Source: Acaryochloris thomasi RCC1774 (GTDB taxonomy: Bacteria > Cyanobacteriota > Cyanobacteriia > Thermosynechococcales > Thermosynechococcaceae). From it: a stretch of 32,000 nt of DNA. Below are positions 16,181-24,388 of this stretch, piece after piece; position 1 is the first letter of the stretch, and each line of letters starts with the position of its first letter. The DNA is taken from NCBI RefSeq assembly GCF_003231495.1, contig NZ_PQWO01000014.1, positions 90,001 through 122,000 of the forward strand, read 5' to 3'. Under the pieces are notes generated by a model that was given only the letters and a program-made list of their open reading frames with translations, was not told the DNA's origin and did no database searches. Both the position numbers and the translations under genes were made by a program.

Positions 16181-17230
16181 ATGCTGTCTAACTCAAAATT
16201 GCGCTTAGGGCTACTGGGACTTGTCACCACCGGTAGCATCCTGATTCCCGCTACGGCTCAGGGGCAGACGTCTCTGCCATCGCTGCCCCCGGCCCCAGCA
16301 ATGCCCGCCGCGCCACGCCCCATTGCGAAATCTTTGTTCAAGGCTTTGAGCGAAGGCAAGTATGGTTTTGTCAACACGATCGGGGCTTTTTCCATCCCTC
16401 CCCAATTTGAGGAGGCAAGCGACTTCTCGGAGGGATTTGCGGCGGTGAAGAGCAAGGGTAAGTGGGGATATATCAACCGCAGTGGTCAGTGGATTGCCCC
16501 GCCAAAGTATGCGCAGGCTGAGCCGTTCTCTGAAGGGCTGGCAGCAGTGGCGCTAGAAGAAGATGTCGGTTATATCAACACCACCGGACGGCTTGTGATT
16601 CCATACAAGTACTACATCGGGGGCAACTTCTCCGAGGGACTGGTGCGCGTTTTGGTTGACCAAAAGAAGTACGGCTACCTGAATAAAGCAGGGCAGCTCG
16701 CGATTCCGCCGCAGTTTGATCTGGCCTTTGATTTTGTCCAGGGCCGTGCTCGGGTGTTTGATCAGGGGCTGGCTGGCTACATTGACACCACCGGCAAATT
16801 TGTGATTCCCGCTAACTTTTTGGATGGGTCTGATTTTGCTGAGGGCACAGCGGCAGTGGAAACCCGTGAAAAATGGCAATTCATCACGCTGGCAGGGCAG
16901 TTGGCGTTGCCCAATCAGTTTGATAAAGCTTGGGCATTTTCTGAGGGGCTGGCCCTCGTTCGTTCTGGCTTCAAGTATGGATTCATTGATCCTGCTGGTC
17001 AGTACGTCATTCAACCGCAATTTGACAGGGCCGGACATTTCTCAGAGGGACTGGCCTGGGTCACTGTGGGGGAAAAGCACGGCTTTATCAATCAGCAGGG
17101 CCGTATGGTGGTGCCTGTTTTATACGACGATGCTCGTTCCTTTGACGGGGGGCTAGCCTGGGTCCGCTATGGAGAACGGGAAGGATATATCAATCCGCAG
17201 GGAAAAGGGGTTTGGATTGGGTCACCCTAA
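16181..17230 (+). CDS. Secreted WG-repeat (KWG/WG_beta_rep-like) protein
   Basis: The ATG at 16181 gives a signal peptide, MLSNSKLRLGLLGLVTTGSILIPATAQG. A Pro-rich linker follows, then tandem units of consensus (W/Y)G(Y/F)I(N/D)..G..VIPPQFD.A..FSEGLA.V. Confidence 0.85.
   Translation: MLSNSKLRLGLLGLVTTGSILIPATAQGQTSLPSLPPAPAMPAAPRPIAKSLFKALSEGKYGFVNTIGAFSIPPQFEEASDFSEGFAAVKSKGKWGYINRSGQWIAPPKYAQAEPFSEGLAAVALEEDVGYINTTGRLVIPYKYYIGGNFSEGLVRVLVDQKKYGYLNKAGQLAIPPQFDLAFDFVQGRARVFDQGLAGYIDTTGKFVIPANFLDGSDFAEGTAAVETREKWQFITLAGQLALPNQFDKAWAFSEGLALVRSGFKYGFIDPAGQYVIQPQFDRAGHFSEGLAWVTVGEKHGFINQQGRMVVPVLYDDARSFDGGLAWVRYGEREGYINPQGKGVWIGSP
16361..17227 (+). repeat. Tandem in-frame repeat of about 102 nt (34 aa): 8 full units plus one partial
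   Basis: Unit boundaries read from the translation are YGFVN, WGYIN, VGYIN, YGYLN, AGYID, WQFIT, YGFID, HGFIN and EGYIN. The spacing is 34 aa, with one 35-aa exception. Confidence 0.85.
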
Positions 17231-19017
17231 AGTCCATAGAGCAAGATAATTAAAGGCGGGGTGATCAGTCCCATCAGTATGCTGAGCGGTCCCCCCACGC
17301 GCACGAAGTCAAGAAACCGATAGCCTCCTGCGCCATAAACCATCGTGTTGGTCTGATACCCGATTGGGGTCATGAAGCTGTTAGACGCGGCAAAGGTGAC
17401 CACTAGCATGAAGGCAAAGGGGTTGTAGTCCAGTTCTTGGGCCACCTGCACGGCAACGGGAAGCATCAAGAGAACGGTGGCGTTGTTGGACAGCAGCTCG
17501 GTGAGCAGTGCCGTAATCACAAAAAAGAAGGTCAAAATCCAGTAGCCGGAGAACTCACCACCAAAGCGAATGAGTTGATTGGCTAGGATCTGCGTTGCTC
17601 CAGAATTTTTCATGGCGATCCCCAGCGGGATCAGGCCCGCCAGCAAAAACACAACGTCCCAGCGGATTGCGCGGTAAAGTTCACCTGCTTTCAGGCAGCC
17701 GGTGAGGACCATCAGCACGACGCCGCCCAAGGCTGTCACCTGAATGGGGAATAAATTGAAGGCGGCGATGCAGACGACTAGGACTGTAATTGCGATCGCA
17801 ACCCCAGCTCGGTCACGGCGCATATTTTCCACCTCGCGCCGCTCCATCACCAGCAAATCTTGACTGGTCTGCAAACCTAATAGACTCTGGTTGGGCCCCT
17901 GCACCAGCAACAAATCGCCAAATCGCAACGGAACTCTACCCAAGCGATCGCGCACCAGCTCTTGACCCCGTCGTAGCGCCAGCACCGTACAGTTGTAGCG
18001 CTGGCGAAACCTGAGATCCTTAAGCGTTGAACCGATCAGGCGGGAATCGGCCAGCACCATCGCCTCCGCCGCCCCTTCCTGACCTGCATTGAGATCGGCC
18101 TGCCAAGATTTCTGCCCAAACTGCACATCTGGAAGAATTTCTAGCCCTTGTCCCTCCCGAATCTTGAGCAAATCGTCACGTCCGCCCCGCACCAGCAAAA
18201 TATCCCCGACCTCTAGGGGCTTATCCGCGAGCGGCGGTGGGAAGTGGTTGTCATCACGAATAATCTCCAGAACGTCAATATCGTAGGATCGCTGGAGCTG
18301 ACTAGATCGAACCGTTTGCCCCGCCAAGGTTGAACGCGGCGTAATCACCACCTCACTTACATAGTCCTTGAGGCCGTAGCCCTGGCTGAGGTCATCAGAT
18401 ACGACTCTGCGATTGGGCAGCAGACGATGACCAATGGTTGCCATGTATAGTAGCCCTGCCGAGAAGGTCAGCAGGCTGAGGGCCGTAAACTGAAAAATAT
18501 TAAAGGGACCGTAGCCTAACTCTGCCGATAGACCACTGGCTAGTACATTGGTAGAGGTTCCCAACACCGTGATCATGCCCCCCAAAATCGTGATGTAAGA
18601 GAGGGGAATCATCAGCCTGGAGACCGAGATATTCTGCTTGCGGCTCCAGTCTTCAACCACGGGTAAGAAAACCGAGACAATGGCAACGTTATTAATGATG
18701 GCGGTGAAAGGTCCAATGACGGCACCCAGGGCCAACATCTGCTGTGAGGGTTTTTTGCCGCCCCACTTCAGCAACAGCTCACTGGCCATTTGAATCGCGC
18801 CGGTTCGGGCAATGCCGGAGCTTAAAATAAACATCGCCATCACCGTGACGGTGGCGGGGTTGCTAAAGCCAGAAATGCCTTCTTCGGGGGTGACCAGCCG
18901 CAGCATCATCAGCACCACCATCACAGAGAGGGCCGTCAAATCAGGAGATAACCACTCGAAGATAAAGCAAAGCAGGGCCAGTCCGGTGACCACAAAGGTA
19001 AGTAGGATGTTCTCCAT
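17227..19017 (-). CDS. SLC13/DASS-family permease with two central TrkA-C domains
   Basis: 596 aa. Hydrophobic N- and C-terminal halves flank two soluble TrkA-C-like repeats: VVITPRSTLAGQTV...GDILLVRGGRDDL and AMVLADSRLIGSTL...GDLLLVQGPNQSL. The motif SNSFMTPIGYQTN is typical of the family. Confidence 0.88.
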   Translation of the reverse strand: MENILLTFVVTGLALLCFIFEWLSPDLTALSVMVVLMMLRLVTPEEGISGFSNPATVTVMAMFILSSGIARTGAIQMASELLLKWGGKKPSQQMLALGAVIGPFTAIINNVAIVSVFLPVVEDWSRKQNISVSRLMIPLSYITILGGMITVLGTSTNVLASGLSAELGYGPFNIFQFTALSLLTFSAGLLYMATIGHRLLPNRRVVSDDLSQGYGLKDYVSEVVITPRSTLAGQTVRSSQLQRSYDIDVLEIIRDDNHFPPPLADKPLEVGDILLVRGGRDDLLKIREGQGLEILPDVQFGQKSWQADLNAGQEGAAEAMVLADSRLIGSTLKDLRFRQRYNCTVLALRRGQELVRDRLGRVPLRFGDLLLVQGPNQSLLGLQTSQDLLVMERREVENMRRDRAGVAIAITVLVVCIAAFNLFPIQVTALGGVVLMVLTGCLKAGELYRAIRWDVVFLLAGLIPLGIAMKNSGATQILANQLIRFGGEFSGYWILTFFFVITALLTELLSNNATVLLMLPVAVQVAQELDYNPFAFMLVVTFAASNSFMTPIGYQTNTMVYGAGGYRFLDFVRVGGPLSILMGLITPPLIILLYGL

Positions 19018-19268
19018 GGCACTAACTCTGTTAAAAACCGGATAACGCAGACCAGCCGGGAGCTATAGCAGTACGTGCATGAATTGAGCCACTAAAATGG
19101 CTGAATGCTGGATTTGCTAAGCAAGGCTCAGCCTAACTCGGCACTGCTATATCTCTGGTTAGTGGGCATTTTAATGATTCTAGTCGCAGTCAATCATACA
19201 GGCTATGGCTAACCCACGGATGATTCCGTTTATTGGAGAGCGCATTGATAGTGTCAGAAGCCAACGTT

Positions 19269-21791
19269 CTATAGAAGATGAGGCTTGACAATGCTATAGC
19301 CTTGGGCAAAATCAATCCCGATCAGCTTTAGCTGTTTAATAGTTTGTTGGTCTTCAACACATTCAGCAATGGTCTGAATCCCCAGTCGATGGCTGAGGTG
19401 GTTAAAGCATTCCACAATAGCGACGTCTGTTTGGTTGCTAGCCAGCTTTTTAACGAAGCTTCCGTCAATTTTGAGGTAGTCGACGGGCAATGTCTTGAGA
19501 TAGGTTAACGAACTCATTCCACTGCCGAAATCATCTAGAGCAAAACGACATCCAAACTGCTTTAGGTCTTGCATGAACTCTACGGCCTGCTTGAGATTTG
19601 AGATCGCTATCGTTTCCGTAATTTCAAAGCAGATTTGCTCCGGTGGCACCTGATATCTGAGTAGTTGCGCTTTGATGAAGCTGAGAAAGCTGTCGTTTTT
19701 GATACTCGCCCCAGACAGATTGATGTTGTACAGAGCTGGAGAAGCGGAGCTTGTTCTTTTCTGAGCCATCTGCTGATACTGGACACAAAAGTTGTGGACG
19801 ACCCAGCGATCGATTGCAGGCATTAGGTCGTAGCGTTCTGCGGCAGGCAAAAAGGCGACGGGCGTGATCACATCACCCTGGACATCGGACAACCTCAGCA
19901 AGATTTCACAGTGATGCGCTAAAGAAGAGTGATGCAGGGGCACAATCTCTTGGGCATAGAGGCGGAAATGATTCTGTTCCAGGGCTTGATGGAGCCGTGA
20001 GACCCATTGCATCTGGCCCCGCTGCTCTGCCAGCTCGACATCGTGACGCTGACAAACATGGACGCGGTTGCGGCCCTTGGATTTAGCCATGTAGCAAGCT
20101 GCATCGGCAGCACTGAGAATGGTGGCTAAGTTCTGATTATTGTGATCGATACCGACGACCCCGATGCTGACGCCGACATTAAAGGTTTTGTCTTCCCAGT
20201 TAAAACGGAAGGCTTCAATCATGGCCCGCAAGGACTCAGCGAGGGCTGTGGCCTGCTTGAGTGAGCATCCCTCTAGTAGTAAGCCGAATTCATCGCCGCC
20301 CAAACGAGCAAGGGTATCGGTGGAGCGCACGCGCTGCTGCATGACGCGGGTGATCTGGCGCAGGAGCTGATCTCCGGCACTGTGGCCACAGGTATCATTC
20401 ACCACTTTGAACTGATCTAGGTCGAGGTAAAACAGGGCGTGCTCCTGATTTGCTTGGGTGGCGAGCAGGTGGGTGACCCGCTGCTTAAAGGCGCGTCGGT
20501 TGACTAAGCCGGTCAGCGGATCGTGGCTGGCCTGCCAGGATAGCTTTTGGGTGAGTTGACGAGATTGGGTGGCGTCGTGGAAGACGACTACGGCACCGAT
20601 GAGCTGCCCGTTGCGATCTCGAATGGGGGCGGCTGAATCGTCAATGCCATATTCAGTGCCATCGCGGGAAATGAGGACCGTGTGATCTGCCAGATAGCAA
20701 ATTTTGTTTTCCTTTAAAACCTGTTCGACGGGATTGATAACGGGTTGACGGGTTTGCTCATGCACAATTTGAAAGATGTCGGTGAAAGCCTGACCCTTGA
20801 TTTCAGCCTTCGACCACCCCAACAGCTTTTCAGCCACTGGATTGAGATACTGGACGTTGCCCGTCAAATCGGTGGTGATCACCGCATCGCCAATGGACTC
20901 TAAGGTAATTTGGGCGAGTTCTTTCTCTCGAAATAAATCGGCTTCTAGCTGTTCCCGCTCTACGATTTCACGCTTGAGTTCGCGGTTTGTAGCCTCTAAC
21001 TGAGCGGTTTGTTGATAAACCTGCTCCTCTAGTCGAGCTTTGATCCGCAGCACCTTCGCCTCGGCCTGCTGCCGGCGTATGATTTCTGCCTGGGCGTCTG
21101 TATACAACTTTGCCTGCTGCAGGGCAATGGCGACCTGCACGGCTAATTTCTCGACGATGTCAATCTCAGCGATTTGCCATTGGTGAGGTGTCGAGGCTTG
21201 CTGAACTGACAACAGACCCCAGAGCCGTTTTGTTGGCTCTGTCTGCTGCTCAATCCGAAACGCTCTATCAAGAGAAGAACCAGACTCTTGTGTTTCTAGA
21301 ATAATCGGAACGACTAAGTTCGCTCTAACGTTGAGGGACGTCAGTAGGGCAATATGGCAGGGTGATAAATCTTCGGCTGTATGGATGTCAGGGGTGGCCT
21401 GTACCCGACCGTTGATGTACCGAGAGGTCCAGTCTTGGGCAAAGCAGTGGTCCTGAATTCTGCGGCCTCGCAGAGAGGGCAAATGTTCTGAGGCAGATTC
21501 GGCGACGACAACACCACTCCAGTCTGCGTTAAAGCGATAAACGATGGCCCGCTCAACTTCAAGGAATCTGCGAACCTCTGATACCGTTGCTTCAAGAATG
21601 TCGGAGGGGTTCAACGATTGACGAATACGTAGGGCCATAGCTGCCAGTAGCTGCTCGCGCTCAGCCTGTATCTGTAGCTCTAGCGAAAAATTCTGCTCTT
21701 GAGGGGAACGCTCCCTCACGTTACGGCCAGAGAGACAACGAAGGGAGCTAGAGTTGCTTTGCCCACAAATACCCATATATTTAACTCTCAC
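19269..21791 (-). CDS. GAF-PAS-GGDEF-EAL cyclic-di-GMP signalling protein
   Basis: The GGDEF motif (RLGGDEFGLLL) is encoded at 20286-20300. An RxxD I-site (RSTD) lies five residues upstream, at 20316-20327. The EAL domain shows EITE, DDFGSGMSSLTYL, LKIDGSFV, ECVE and AQGY. The N-terminal GAF-like region is followed by a coiled coil and a PAS domain (ITLESIGDAVITTD...). The start is either 21791 or the ATG at 21776. Confidence 0.9.
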   Translation of the reverse strand: MRVKYMGICGQSNSSSLRCLSGRNVRERSPQEQNFSLELQIQAEREQLLAAMALRIRQSLNPSDILEATVSEVRRFLEVERAIVYRFNADWSGVVVAESASEHLPSLRGRRIQDHCFAQDWTSRYINGRVQATPDIHTAEDLSPCHIALLTSLNVRANLVVPIILETQESGSSLDRAFRIEQQTEPTKRLWGLLSVQQASTPHQWQIAEIDIVEKLAVQVAIALQQAKLYTDAQAEIIRRQQAEAKVLRIKARLEEQVYQQTAQLEATNRELKREIVEREQLEADLFREKELAQITLESIGDAVITTDLTGNVQYLNPVAEKLLGWSKAEIKGQAFTDIFQIVHEQTRQPVINPVEQVLKENKICYLADHTVLISRDGTEYGIDDSAAPIRDRNGQLIGAVVVFHDATQSRQLTQKLSWQASHDPLTGLVNRRAFKQRVTHLLATQANQEHALFYLDLDQFKVVNDTCGHSAGDQLLRQITRVMQQRVRSTDTLARLGGDEFGLLLEGCSLKQATALAESLRAMIEAFRFNWEDKTFNVGVSIGVVGIDHNNQNLATILSAADAACYMAKSKGRNRVHVCQRHDVELAEQRGQMQWVSRLHQALEQNHFRLYAQEIVPLHHSSLAHHCEILLRLSDVQGDVITPVAFLPAAERYDLMPAIDRWVVHNFCVQYQQMAQKRTSSASPALYNINLSGASIKNDSFLSFIKAQLLRYQVPPEQICFEITETIAISNLKQAVEFMQDLKQFGCRFALDDFGSGMSSLTYLKTLPVDYLKIDGSFVKKLASNQTDVAIVECFNHLSHRLGIQTIAECVEDQQTIKQLKLIGIDFAQGYSIVKPHLL

Positions 21792-21835
21792 AAAATAAAA
21801 TAAATCTAAATTCCTGCTCCCGCACTTAAGCTACC

Positions 21836-21856
21836 CGTCAAAAAAATTGTTTTTGA
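21836..21856. promoter_or_regulatory. Perfect 8-N5-8 palindrome in the divergent promoter region; candidate operator
   Basis: The sequence is GTCAAAAA-AATTG-TTTTTGAC. It lies in the AT-rich 197-bp gap between the GGDEF-EAL gene (minus strand) and the DUF429 gene (plus strand). Confidence 0.3.
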
Positions 21857-21988
21857 CAGTCGGATAATGAACCTTTACTTTGCTTGGCAATGGCCAATGC
21901 TTCTTGATGTACGTAAAGATAAGTTCGTATATCTTTATGTTTGAGTAAAAGTTGTCTTTCGTCTGACGCGGTTGAGCTTGGTGTCGAT

Positions 21989-22774
21989 ATGCGATTTCTC
22001 GGGGTTGATTTGGGTTGGGTGTCAGGGGCGACGGGACTATGTTGCCTAGAGTGGCGCAGCAATCGCCTTCATCTGCTTGCTCTTGACTGCCTACAACCCA
22101 TGCCTGAGATTCTCGCTTGGGTCGATGACTGGGTTCCACCGGATGCTTCTGGAATGGTGGCGGTGGATGCCCCGACTCAGATTACGAATCCAGTGGGAAT
22201 GCGGGGATGCGATCGCAAAGCCCACAAATACTTTGGTCGCTACCATGCGGGCTGTTATCCTGCAAACCTCAACTCCTCTTTTGCTGAGCGCACCACTGGT
22301 TTCAGTCAGTCCCTTTGCGATCGCGGATTCAATCACGCTCCGGGAATCGTGCCACAGCAATTGGACCGCTATCAAATTGAGGTGTATCCCCACGCCGCCA
22401 TGATTGGCCTTTTCGATCTGCCCCAAATTCTGAAATACAAAAAAGGAAAGATTGCCGAGCGCCGTGCTGAACTCGACCGCCTCCGCCATTTGATTCTGAT
22501 GCGTTTGCCTGAGCAGGAACCGCCTCTTACTGTTGAACAGCTTCCCGAACTTCCGACTAAAGGAACCGATTTAAAAGCCGTTGAAGATCAGCTCGATAGC
22601 TTAATCTGTGCCTACATCGCAGCTTACTGGTGGTATTGGGGGCATCAGCGAAATTTAGTATTGGCGGACCTAGAGCTTTCAGAGGTCCGAGCCAGCCGCG
22701 ACCTCCGTACAAAAATTACTTCGGGGTATATCGTGATTCCCTACCCGCAGGGCAACCCGGAATTGTTAGACTGA
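21989..22774 (+). CDS. DUF429-family protein (predicted RNase H-fold enzyme)
   Basis: The ATG at 21989 gives [10 protein letters not shown]...GLCCLEW. The motifs [34 protein letters not shown] and [17 protein letters not shown] follow. This matches the conserved acidic-residue and YK pattern I associate with DUF429. Confidence 0.72.
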   Translation: MRFLGVDLGWVSGATGLCCLEWRSNRLHLLALDCLQPMPEILAWVDDWVPPDASGMVAVDAPTQITNPVGMRGCDRKAHKYFGRYHAGCYPANLNSSFAERTTGFSQSLCDRGFNHAPGIVPQQLDRYQIEVYPHAAMIGLFDLPQILKYKKGKIAERRAELDRLRHLILMRLPEQEPPLTVEQLPELPTKGTDLKAVEDQLDSLICAYIAAYWWYWGHQRNLVLADLELSEVRASRDLRTKITSGYIVIPYPQGNPELLD

Positions 22775-22817
22775 GGAAACGATATCTTTACGTTTCGTAA
22801 CTCTTCAGGATCACGAT

Positions 22818-24287
22818 ATGCCCTCAACAACCTTGCTGACCAAAGAACTCCCCGAGCTTCAGTACGAGGCTCAGCGCGATCGTTTCGACGAAAGCTGGCG
22901 TGCCCCTCTCTCCACATTGCTCGGCTTAGGACGTGCAGCAGGCGCAGACTTCGTAGAGTTCTTTCTAGAGCGGGTCAATTATATTAGCTGCCTCGCCGAA
23001 GATGACGGCATTGGTAGTGTTTCTCCGCGTTTAGTGACGGGGGCAGGCGTTCGCGTCTTTCGCGGTACCGCAGACTGCTACGTCAGCACCAATGATCTGA
23101 CGTTCACGGGGCTGAAATCCGCCTTGGAAAAAGCTTTAGGCATTATGGGGCTGAGCTTGCCCAGCCCGAGCGCTTTTATCCCCGAGATTAATCTAGAGCT
23201 GTTCCGGGACTACGCCACCATTGGCGATAAAAATAACTGGCTGAAAGAATGCAGCTCCATGCAAGAAATGGGCGACGTCCTCCTCGCTGCCAATGGCAAG
23301 CTAGCGCAGGTTGCAGATCATGTCGCCTCCCGTCGTGCCGCCTATTTCCGAGATTGGCAAGAGGTTTTGGTTGCCGCTAGTGATGGCGTTTTTGCCCGCG
23401 ATATCCGCCTCACTCAATCTGTGGGCTACAGCCTGCTGTGTGAAGAAGGAAGCGATCGCGCCTCCATCAACAAACGAGTCGGGGCTACCAATAATCCCAA
23501 TTTTCTACGCACTTGGCAGTACGGTGACGATGCTCAAGAGGTCGCAGAATCTGCGGGTAATATGCTCCATGCAGACTACGTAGAGTCGGGAAATTACCCT
23601 GTGGTGATGGCTAATGAATTCGGGGGCGTCATTTTCCATGAAGCTTGCGGTCACCTCTTAGAAACCACTCAAATTGAGCGCAAGACTAGCCCTTTCTCTG
23701 AGAAGAAGGGCGAGAAAATTGCCCACGAGAACCTAACCGCTTGGGATGAAGGACTTTCCGCCAATGCCTTTGGCACCATTGATATGGATGATGAGGGAAT
23801 GCCGGTTCAGCGAACGCTTCTGATTGAAAACGGTATCTTAAAGAACTTCCTTTCTGACCGCGCAGGCTGCATGAGAACCGGACATCCCCGCACAGGCAGC
23901 GGTCGTCGCCAGGGCTATACCTACGCCGCCGCTAGTCGAATGCGGAATACCTACATTGCGCCGGGCGAGTTCACGAACGAAGACATCTTTGGCTCTATTG
24001 AAAAGGGGATCTATTGCAAGAAGATGGGGGGCGGTAGCGTCGGTCCCACTGGAGAATTTAACTTCTCAGTGGACGAAGCTTATCAAATTGAAAACGGCAA
24101 AGTTACCAAGCCTCTTAAAGGTGCCACTTTGATTGGTGAGGCTAAGGACATCATGCAGAGAATTTCGATGAGTTCTCAAGATTTGGGTTTAGCAGCCGGT
24201 TTCTGCGGCTCCATTAGCGGCAGCATTTATGTCACCGTCGGTCAGCCCCACATCAAAGTCGATGAGATTACGGTTGGCGGTCGTTAG
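22818..24287 (+). CDS. tldD: TldD-family metalloprotease
   Basis: 489 aa. The zinc motif is HEACGH ([12 protein letters not shown]). The C-terminal region reads GxxxRxxYxxxPxxRMxNTYIxPG, with [11 protein letters not shown] and ITVGG at the end. Confidence 0.9.
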   Translation: MPSTTLLTKELPELQYEAQRDRFDESWRAPLSTLLGLGRAAGADFVEFFLERVNYISCLAEDDGIGSVSPRLVTGAGVRVFRGTADCYVSTNDLTFTGLKSALEKALGIMGLSLPSPSAFIPEINLELFRDYATIGDKNNWLKECSSMQEMGDVLLAANGKLAQVADHVASRRAAYFRDWQEVLVAASDGVFARDIRLTQSVGYSLLCEEGSDRASINKRVGATNNPNFLRTWQYGDDAQEVAESAGNMLHADYVESGNYPVVMANEFGGVIFHEACGHLLETTQIERKTSPFSEKKGEKIAHENLTAWDEGLSANAFGTIDMDDEGMPVQRTLLIENGILKNFLSDRAGCMRTGHPRTGSGRRQGYTYAAASRMRNTYIAPGEFTNEDIFGSIEKGIYCKKMGGGSVGPTGEFNFSVDEAYQIENGKVTKPLKGATLIGEAKDIMQRISMSSQDLGLAAGFCGSISGSIYVTVGQPHIKVDEITVGGR

Positions 24288-24300
24288 TTCTAACTGCGCT

Positions 24301-24322
24301 GCCAGCGATATACATCGCTGGC
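24301..24322 (+). other. Intercistronic hairpin between tldD and pmbA
   Basis: GCCAGCGAT-ATAC-ATCGCTGGC forms a 9-bp perfect stem with a 4-nt loop, 14 nt after the tldD stop. No U-tract follows, so it is more likely an mRNA processing or stability element than a terminator. Confidence 0.45.
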
Positions 24323-24388
24323 GTATAAGTTGGCATTTCTGCCACCCCTGCTAATTGTCATATTCAGAAGAGAAGAAGGATATTAGGC

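Noticed and set aside
21831-22489. Minus-strand ORFs of 102, 74 and 132 aa overlapping the DUF429 gene and its promoter.
   Set aside because: They have no motifs and overlap a better-supported plus-strand gene. The 102-aa ORF runs through the AT-rich promoter region.
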